From NCBI RefSeq assembly GCF_000150275.1, contig NW_002060943.1, forward strand, positions 6,750,299 through 6,814,298: a DNA stretch of 64,000 nucleotides, written 5' to 3'. Shown here in pieces: positions 53,988 through 64,000 of this stretch. The position numbers were made by a program, and so were the translations under genes. The notes below the pieces were generated by a model. That model ran no database searches and had not been told where the DNA came from. It worked only from the letters and a program-made list of their open reading frames with translations. This DNA comes from Trichoplax adhaerens (lineage: Eukaryota; Animalia; Placozoa). Position 1 is the stretch's first letter. The number at the start of each line of letters is the position of its first letter.

Positions 53988-56900
53988 ATGTGTAGATCGA
54001 ACTTAGTCAAGCAACATAATCAACAGCCAACCCAATTAGATACAAGAGAGGCAGTTCGCCGTGTTGTTAGTGAAATATATAAATATGATTACAGGTTTGT
54101 TCTATATTTTAAAATTTAGCAAAGTGAGCTAGTTTGTATGGTATTGTTTTAATTTACCGTACTCAAGATGTTATGGTTATGTGATTATTAAACGATATAC
54201 AATTTGCTGCCGATCGATTCAGGCTAGATAATTCTGAAAAATTAAAAGAAATTATTGATGAAACATCGATCAGCGTTGATTCTATCGATCCTGAAACTGG
54301 CTACAGCTTGCTGCATCATTCAGTATCAAGTGAAAGTTTATCTTCGATCAATTTTTTCCTGGAAAGGTTAAGATCTATCTAGAATTATTAACGATAAACC
54401 TGTAGTAAAGCTAAATCTTGAGGGAATGAGCGCATAATTATGTTAAACTACGCATACATTACGTCCTGCTGTAGCGCATATTAATGATTAATCCGGATAG
54501 TTAATAAGAATTTTAACTTAAATGGCAAACATACGGCACCATAAATACCCCTTGCTGGACCTTACTCCTTCACTAAACGAAAGTAATCTATCTAAACGCT
54601 ACTTCCAACAGTTGGTAAAGCTACTCTATATAAGGTCGACCTTTGATAGACCAATTATCGCTAGATCATCATGATGCTTATAGACTCCAATTGATATTAG
54701 CATAAGCAAAATATATCTATATAACTTCGGAGTTAATTCTAGTGTAAATAACGCAAATTTTTATTACAGCCGTAGTAAATTTCTACGTAAGAGCTGGAAA
54801 ATAGCAATCGAGTATCGTCATTACATATTTCACTGTATATATCGCTGATTAATTAAGTTATCGTACTTGTAAATCGACCGTAATTGAATCTCAGGAAAAA
54901 TATTATGGAATCCTTTTCTTTCTCATATGCTGTATTAACGTTAATTCTATTCCAATACAGGGGCGCTAACGTCAATGTTCAAAATAGAGACAAGAGGACA
55001 CCACTTCATGTCGGTGTAACTACCGGCAATTTTTCAATTGTCAAACGTTTACTTTGCCACGGAGCCGATGTTACTATTAAAGATACGCACGGGTAAGAAC
55101 TATCCACAATATTATAATTGAAACATCGAATAAATTAACAGACTACACTGTTTTGTGGATTGTATTTTCATAATTTAACAGTAAAAATTATCCCTTAGAT
55201 CAACTAATGTAGAGTAGAGGTAACGTAACAATATCTACCACTTCTAGTTCTAATTATGAATACCAAACAGTTTAGTTGCTCAGCCCAATGATTTTTCGCG
55301 CGATAGGAGTTGTTGCTGGAATTAACGCTTTCATACCATTATTATTACTGAGAAATTTTAACCTCATTGCCAATAGGCGTACAGCATTACATCTGGTTAT
55401 GGGTCTGCAATTAGATCGTAAAATGATGTTACTACTTGTCGAATATGGAGCAAGAATCAGCGAGGCCGATTCCAGTAGTACAAGACCTGTCGATATTGAG
55501 CCGGTTAGTTGTTCTTGCCAATCCGATTTTTCAATCGTAGTTTATAGTTGTAAGCAATACCTTTGAACAACTAATTGCTTTGATATCATATTTAAAATCT
55601 AATTCTAGGAGCTACGAGTTATCCAACGAGAAATGATCCTAAAATGCAACGATGAATTATGCACAATTGATGTTGGAGCAATATTTAGAATTCGCTCTAG
55701 AGTTAATTCTAAAAGTTCGGTAGGATCAGGAACAGGTTCCATAAAAAGTATAGAAAGTCGATCGAATTTTTCTATAACAAATGAAGAAGTAAGACTTAAA
55801 TTAGGTGGCATTGAAGAAAATTCAAATGATAATCCTGATAATTTACTAGCGGTTCCTAATAAGCAACAAAGTGATATACCGGGGAGTGATGAGGAAAATG
55901 TTAACTATGACATCGAATTTGGTGATGGGTCGGATAAATTGACTAATTTTCCGAATGTTCTTGATGCTGCTTTACATGATAGCTTTGATGATCAAAGTGA
56001 AATTCTTAGTGACGAAAGTAATACTTTAAAGGACTCTTTAAAAAGTGAATTTATAAAAGCTACTAATGAAATAACTGAATCTAGTACGACTGTAAATAAA
56101 GAGACTACCAACGTTAAATTGGCGCCTGCTAATACCGAACTTCAAGCATCACATCAGAGCGGAGGCAATAGTAGGAGACAAATCACTAAAGAAAATTCTT
56201 CTTTTTCTGATAATAATAAGGACGACTTGGTACCAGTTTACCAAGGAGAAAATTTGATGAGTGATGACAATATCAACGACAATGAGTTTAGCAGTGATTT
56301 GGACGCTTGGGGTGGCGTATTTTCCGAAATGGATGCTTGGGATGATGTCTTTGTGGAAGAAAATTCCAATTTATCATGTAATAGGCAAGGGAATAACGAT
56401 CTGCCTGACACTTCTTCACTAAAGCTTTCAATAGGTCACTCATTCGATCAAAAGCCACTATCACGAGAAGATATTATCAAGAATAAGATTAGTAATGTAG
56501 AGCTTATTCAAACGTTAAAGATTGAAAACAGCTATCTCGAAGGGCCAAATAATAAAGCTGTGCTTCCCGATGATCCAGCAGAATTAGAAGATTTTGACAG
56601 TAAAGAAATATTTGGGCAAGAAGAAAAAGCCGCTAAAAATCTTCGAAGTTTAGCAATTCTTTCCAAGAATCCAGAATGTCATACTATAATATTATCCTTA
56701 CTCTTCGCTCCAAACAGTATCTTGCAGAAGAATAACCCGAAAAGTTCACCAAGAACTTTATCTGTTCAGTTGACAGCTTTAGCACACACGGAATCTTCTG
56801 TAAAATCTCTTCCCCGTTATTTGGCTTCGTTTATATTTACACTGTGTAAAGTAAGTAAATATGAAAATTATAATATATTTTAAATTTTTAATCGACAGAC

Positions 56901-59900
56901 ATTGGTTCTCACAGTATTTTAATTACTTCTAAGCTTAAGTCGACATGTAAAAGCAGATTATGTTAATAAAATTCTTAAATGTCTATATAATCTATCCAGT
57001 TAGATTAATATTTTTCCCTCTTTATTTCTTGATCAGTCCGATGGTATTAATAGTCAAAAGAAATCTATCAATAGCGGAATTGTTAATTTGCTGTCTGATT
57101 TATTGGATTCTAAAGCTGATCTGATCAAAGTAAGTACGCTTAAACAGATAAGAACTTATATGAAAATACCTTGCATACTGCTAGCGATTTGTCAATTTAA
57201 TTGACGAGATATCTCACTCCTAACAATTTATGGGGTAAAGTAGTCAAATAAACGTAAAGAATTAAGCCTTATCTATAGATAGTATTTAAACGATTTGTAC
57301 GGTAGATAAAATTATGAAATATCAACCTATGCTTTTCTAACTTTATTTAAATCTATTTTAGAAAATAAGCTAATAATACTATTTGCATCATTGATATATA
57401 GCGTTATGGAATATTAATCTATGTCTTTGTGAACTTCCTTTAATCCATTTTAGAAAATAAGTTTATCGTTGATATGGGAATTACTCCATATCGACAGCGA
57501 TCGGGAATTTTGTACAGTCCTATCGCATTTCCACGTTGATCCTATGCTTGATTTAGTCGCTCAATGTGAAGCTGAGCAAGATATGCGAGCTGATGAATTT
57601 GATCCTAATGCAATAGATGATATGTATAGACAATATGTATTGAATAGCCATAACCTGAAAGATAAGTAAGTAATAAAATTGAGCAACTCCTTATATTAAA
57701 CTGAATATTCCTATCCTTATTATTTTTTTTTATTATTGATTAGCTAAAAACCGGCAATTTAAATCCGGTTTATTTATAAAAGTGGTAATAGACATATACT
57801 TATGGCTCATACTTATTTTCTCTTTACTATAGTGAAATAATAAGTATGGCCAGCAAAGTTCTTGCTCGGACTAGTATTTATTCCAAAATTAGAAGGAGCT
57901 TAAGCCAAGCTAAAGCTATTGCACTGTTATGTACAACTCATGCACTCCTTCCTCCTACTGAATCTTATCTTTTGGGTTGTACTGTTGCTAATATTGCTAT
58001 GGATGCAGATAACCATGCCGTACTGGAAGAATATAATATTTCATACGCACTCAGGGTAAAATAATTAGTATTATCAGCCATTGCTTATTTTCGATCCTAC
58101 TTAGCATAGTACGGTTAATGGGCTAAGTTGCTATTTAGATCTTAATTTCACTTGCTTTTGAACTAAAATTGATGCCTTTGACTATTTTTGAATAGCCGTT
58201 GCTTTCATCAAAGGATCCTTTCATGCAATATCATGCCGCTCGCTGTTTAGTCTACATGGGCTATTATGATTTACATATCTATCTCTTTAGCCAAGATTAT
58301 GATGAAATGTTGGGCGACGTAATATACGCCAACGATAATCAATCTGAGCACGACTATATCAGGTAAAAACTGTATGACCTAATTCACTTTCTTGCGATCC
58401 CCTGAGCGAAGCTTAATGAAAGACCTTTATCATAAAAAGAAATAGAATTGTACCTGAATTTACCAGTGTACTTATACTGATTATTTAATTACAGGGGCAC
58501 GACTTTAGAACGAATTGTTGAAATATTAACTGGAAATTCATCGGTTTTATGGGGTGGCTCATCGCTGACACGAAATTCGTCCGGTGATTTACGAGAGAAT
58601 AGTGATGAAAAACATTCGACTGTTCTCGCAAGTGAACAAATATTAGAGTTTATCTTGACCATGTTTTCAACGTTTGTTAGCGCTGAAATATTGATGAATT
58701 TATTACTGCATCGGTAAGAGAAAGATACTGATGTCTTGCGTTAAAACTGATTTCATTGTTTATCCCTTAAAGAACATTAGATCTTTATGTATTTGATTAC
58801 ACGAGCGCTCTTGATTATAACTTATTCGTTATTTTTGCAGATTTCGTCATCCATCTGCATCTCGAATATTTGGATGGAAGATTAAATCTAGTTCATCACC
58901 CATCGATAGTGAAAATCCCATGGAAATGTATTCGCCATTACCTTTAGTTCACGTTTATTTAATGAGAGTATGGGAAATGTGGTTGGAAAACTTTTCTGAT
59001 GATTTCGTTACCAATTACGGCTTAGCGGTATGGAATTTATATTGATACGTTAACCTAATGAGCCAAGTAATTTTTGATCTTTCCTAATAATTAGATTTCC
59101 TTGAGTAAACTTATTCCATCTATGAGACTTGCCGGTGGTCCTTATCGACCGGCTGCAGCGAGATTGGAAGAACTCTTAGGCAAAATAAAGGTAAAACATA
59201 AAATTAAAATTTTGAATTTTGTTTTTATTAATCTAAGATTAATGATATTAAAATACTGATTGGCATGAAACTAACGTTTCAAACTTAAAGCGACTGTCAC
59301 TTATTGCAACTTTTTATTTCAGACCCGAAAATTATCTGACTCTAACCTTGAGGGAACAGGTTCCTTTGAAGCGATCCATAATAAACTATATGAACAGGTT
59401 AAAATTTATATCCAGTGCGCTGTTATTCTTATAATAGATTGCAAGTTTGCTTGCAATGTTCATTTAAATGAGTAGATAAATTAGTGAATACTTTAAATAT
59501 TTCTTTTGTCATTTACCTTCACTATTTTAGATATTAATATTATGCATGATTTCTATATAATAGTGTAAGTTTGATATTATCGGTGGAACGCAACCTTGCT
59601 CTATCGAAGAAGCTGCAAAACTCGCTAGCATTCAGCTTTATATTGAGGTATGATCTTCGATAGATGTTTATCGAATCTGTCATCATGGCTTTCATCCAGT
59701 TTATTTAATTAATGATAAAATCACTTAAATTGTTGTTATATGGACTTAATTAGGATATCACCGGTGTTATAGAAGAAAATCATGACAATAACTATTCATT
59801 ACACTTCCTAAAGCCAAAGAAACAAATTTTAATCAATAATCCTGACCAGGATTTGGTTGTTAGCAGGTTGAAATTGAAATAAATACTTTCAGATAACATC

Positions 59901-62900
59901 GTAGGATAAATACCGTAGTTATTATGATGATAAATATGTCACAATATCCCAATACTTCTGAAATTAATTTGTGTTCATTTCTATAGTGTGCGATATAATA
60001 TTTGTAATTCAATATTTAATATGCATTACTATTTAATTCGCTGGTAACATGAATTTGATATTATCTCTTAATTATAGAGCATCTAGTAGCCGAATAAAGT
60101 ATTGCTTGCCTAACGTCTTTGCAAAATCAAAATTGGCAACTAAAATGTAGGTCAAGAATTCATAAGCTGAGGATACGTAAATGTATTATAAGTTAGAATT
60201 ATCGTTCAAAACCAATACGTACTATAAATAATGACGCAGTTAGTGTACTTAATATCATTCTTCGCATCATAAAAAATTCCCTCTAGTGATATTGAAACAC
60301 TTTTTTTTGGTTAGGGTCAAAGAACTGCACGAAGATTTATGTCTAGATAATCCATCAGAGCGAAACGCGAAGCATTCTTACATCGATTATTGCCAATCGT
60401 TAACAACGTATGGTTGCTGCGTCTTTAATTTAGAGGTACTGCCACCCTAACATACGCAAAATACATCACTGCATTCTATAAAAATCTGACATCTTGTATA
60501 TCTTAACTTCTGATAATATCCAGGAAGTGATTGTTGTCGCCAATAGTAAGCACAAACGTCCCAAAGCAGAATACGAGAAACGATTGCTATGTATACATCC
60601 AAAACATGTCATTATGATTGATGCTAAAACAAAGGTAAGATCATTTACATTCTCTTATTAGCAATGGCTTTAATTGCTCTACAGGTAGATAATAACAATC
60701 ATTCTATCGCAATCTGATGTCTGGCCGTGACTTGCTGCGACATGGATAGTAGTTACGAAAAAAATATTATCAACTAGATTTAAATGGTGACTAATTTATC
60801 TGAAACTGTAATTTTCTATATCCAAAATTAGGAAAAGATCTCGTATAATAGCTTTCAAACACTAAAACGTTGGGAACCAGGACATTTTGGCCATGTGGTT
60901 ACGATGCAGTTGACTTTTACGAATAAAGCACATACCTTCCTTCTGGAGGATGAACAGTATGTAATTTCAAATCCTAATAATAATTACAGTGAAAAATGAA
61001 TTGATTCCATGCAGCATTTAGATTACTTTGTTTATATTCATGATTTCTGTTTGTATTTGAATAGGCAATGGCAGGAATTAGATCTGCTATTTTGGGCATG
61101 TATTGAAGAATTAGACTGGCAGGTAAGATTGCTGCATTGGTGATATACGTTAGTAAAGGAGAATAATCGTATATTATGATTATTATAATTATTGGTTATA
61201 CTTTAACTAGTTTAAATTGTTGTTCTCATAGCGAATCTCAAAGATGAGTAAAACTCCCTGGAGTAAACTAGCTGAGGAAACTCAGACTTGGGGTCGAGCG
61301 GCAGCGGCAGCACATGCTAGAACGATTACTGTTCAGGCTGCAGCAAGATTGAGTAGTTCTACGGCTACCGAAGAAGATCTTGAAAATTATCATAGTGTAG
61401 CAGAGTTAAAAGCAAAAACCGTCAGCCACGGTGGTAGTTTGTCTTCTTTAGGATCAGGAAGTGTAACTCTTCGTCGAAGTAGTACTGCCAAACAGTCTTC
61501 TAATGGAAGTTCTTATTCAAGCGGCAAGGACGTTGATGAACGGCTAAGATCAGTTCCAATGCGAAGAAGATCACATCAAAATAATGGTAATGTTCAATAG
61601 ATTAAAGGGATAAATAATTACGTCATAAACGAACTTAGAGGCTACTATATCGATCATTTTTATGGTATATCATCAGCTACTTTTCTTGCTTTTCATATTT
61701 ATTTCAGCCTGCCATATTGTAACTTAAACTTTTTTCATATCTACATTAATAATACCTTTATATACTAATTATGTACGCGTATGTAATTTTTGTATTTGAA
61801 TTTGGTCATGATGTCTAATACGTTAAGACATACGGCAATAATGCAACTGTTTCTGTCGATGATTGTTTGTACCTGTATAAATAAATTAATTTGATTCGTA
61901 TTCATGTTTGCATGGTAATATCGTAACTCAAAATATAGAAGGACGTGGATCGCCCATGAAACCTCCATCAGATACTCCAAAGTGGCGCATGAGGCAAGTG
62001 TGGGCACTTAGTCAGCCGCCAGCAATTAAGAAGCAAGTTTCTCGCGACTCTGTGAACTCTGATGCCTCATTAGATGAAAGCTGGGTTTATGTGGAAAGGC
62101 GATCATCATCATCTGGGGAGTCTACACAGACCCCAGCTACCGGTACTTCTTTATTAGATGACCAATCCAATACATGGTATCGTCGCAATCATCCGTCATC
62201 ACCAGATTCAAGAAGTAAAAGAAATCAGACCGTGCGAACTTCGCCTAGGCTAGCTCAAAGAGATCGTCATCAATCCAATACCATTCCTCGTGAAGATAGT
62301 AATACTTCGCTCAATCTCTCTCTAGCTGAGAATAAAAATACCAACGACGATTACCGTAAATCGTCCTTCGTTACAAGTTCACCAACCGATTCTTTTATCG
62401 ATGTTAGCACCATAGTAGATGAAGCTTACGCTAATGATACTTCTAAAGGAAGGAGTATTAGTCGTGCATCAACATCAAGCAGCATCGCGGAAAGTTTAAC
62501 TACAAATGAGACAAAGAAATTACCAAGAAATTCTACTTTTGGTAGTCTAGAAAGCGAATTAGGTTATAGTAATAGTAATAAATCAACTGAGAGCAGCCTC
62601 TCAAGAAGGGATATGGTTAAACCGGCTGGCGTTAAATCAATTGAAAGTTATGGAATTGTAGTGGATTTCCCAAAATGTCCTTGCCCACCAGATCCGGACT
62701 TGCCAGAATTGGACCTAGAAAGTATAACGTAAGTAAAGAAGATTTTGTACTGTACCTCTTAATACTTCATCGCCATCCTGCTAATCGCCTAAACTACTTA
62801 CTGTACGGAAATAGACGTATACTTATTCAATTTCTTTTAATAATTTAATCGTATTGTAGAAATATCGATCTTTTACGTTATCCTAGAGAACTGGCAAAGC

Positions 62901-64000
62901 AAATAACCTTGATCGATCACCGTAAGCTATTTAGATTAATAACGGACAACAAATGAATTTTTATATATTCTTATAATTAATAAATTCTAATATACAGTAA
63001 AATTGAATTTAAGATAAAAGCTATTTCAGTATAAAGTTTGATAGGACACTACTGCGTTAATAAGCACGTTGCATTCGTCTTTACTTCACTAGAATTTTTT
63101 ATTTCAAGTTAAGATAGGCTTAATTACATATGACTCTTGGTAATTGTTGTAATGCTATTACAGATTTATTCCGTCAAGTCACTGTTAGTGAGTGTCATAA
63201 AAAATTTTCAAGTGTGTCGAAAAAGAAAAGACATTTTGATGAGAATAATCCTATCCAGGGATTTGCTGAAAGATTTAATAAGGTATGCGACTATAAAGGC
63301 ACTTTAAAACATTTTCAAGGCCTAATCATGGCAACTTTACCTTGATACTAAGCATGAAAGAATTATTTCTCTGTCTTCAATGACAAATTGGACTACTTTT
63401 ATTTTCAGTTAATTAAATTATGCTGGCTACAGACTTTATTTTATTCAAGTTTAATCGACATAAGAATATTCTGCTTCTTTGATATTTTAGTTAAGTCAGT
63501 GGGTAACTGCTTCTGTATTAATGGAAAAGGATATCGAAGTTAGAGCGCATATACTTTGCCAATTTATATTAACGGCCAAGGTAACTAAACTATTAACGTA
63601 GCCTCATTACAAATACAGTAAATATATAGTATACCCTACCATGCACAATACAGAGTTTACTGATAGATATCCACTCTATGGCTTGGATGCTACAATAATC
63701 TCAAAGTTACATCATCTTATATTCATAAAATTTATTTGTAGCATTGCTTGCAATTCGCAAATTACAATGCGGTTATGGCAATTGTTGTTGCCGGACTTGG
63801 AAGCAGTCCAATTCGCCGATTAGAAAAAACGAAAGCGGTATTTAAAAATGTTTTATCTCATCTCTTATTAGATAAATCTTAAATATTAGTTTTAATGCTG
63901 TAGTACCGTAAATTAATTTCTGACTTTAAAATAACAGCAAAACCATACAGATTACGCTACTATTTCTAGATGTAGAAAAGAAGATTCATTTCGATTTTCT
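53988..64000 (+). CDS. Large RasGEF: ankyrin repeats, acidic linker, ARM-like repeats, REM, FERM F2-F3 (talin-like), Ser-rich linker, CDC25 domain; 3' end beyond the window
   Basis: ANK: TGYSLLHHS, GANVNVQNRDKRTPLH, GRTALHL. ARM-like: LLSSKDPFMQYHAARCLVYMG. REM: IRGTTLERIVEIL..FILTMFSTFVSAEILMNLLLHRF..MRVWEMWLENFSDDF. FERM F2: LYEQCKFDIIGGTQPCSIEEAAKLASIQLYIE..AKHLYIDYCQSLTTYG. F3: RLLCIHPKHVIMIDAKTKE..LKRW. CDC25: PRELAKQITLIDHDLFRQV..FAERFNKLSQWVTASVL..RAHILCQFILTAKHCLQFANYNAVMAIVVAGLGSSPIRRLEKT. Confidence 0.88.

Noticed and set aside
53988-61122. KRIT1, talin or kindlin identity for the ANK/FERM gene
   Set aside because: REM and CDC25 domains flank the FERM, and there is no talin rod, kindlin PH insert or F1 lobe.
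1-64000. tRNA, rRNA or transposase/reverse-transcriptase genes
   Set aside because: None recognisable by eye; small or decayed elements cannot be excluded without tRNAscan, Infernal or RepeatMasker.

Overview
AT-rich, intron-dense eukaryotic DNA with short GT-AG introns and one N gap. Gene content and style suggest an early-branching animal, most likely a placozoan such as Trichoplax (inference, not verified). Gene models were spliced by hand. In order: (1) importin-7 (166-8328, +), with a candidate intronic C/D snoRNA; (2) a head-to-head pair of DEATH+SEFIR adaptor genes (11199-13616 minus; 14892-16517 plus) sharing a 1.27-kb repeat-built, CCAAT/ETS-rich intergenic region, one with a 71-aa linker exon and one without; (3) an ANKS1-like ankyrin-SAM-SAM gene with no PTB domain (18931-25387, +); (4) TAF11 (26826-28195, minus); (5) a C-type-lectin adhesion GPCR (32284-43875, +); (6) a PTB scaffold with Src-SH3 ligand motifs and tandem E(D/N)PYS(T/S)(V/I)K repeats (51603-53760, +); (7) a large Ankyrin-ARM-REM-talin-like FERM-CDC25 RasGEF running off the window end (53988-64000, +), which splice signals suggest may join in frame to the PTB scaffold. 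Strongest candidates for an undescribed system are the PTB/pTyr-array/FERM/RasGEF locus and the divergent long/short DEATH-SEFIR pair. TACTG/CAGTA palindromic arrays mark the 5' ends of several genes. All domain calls come from motif recognition by eye, with no database searches.
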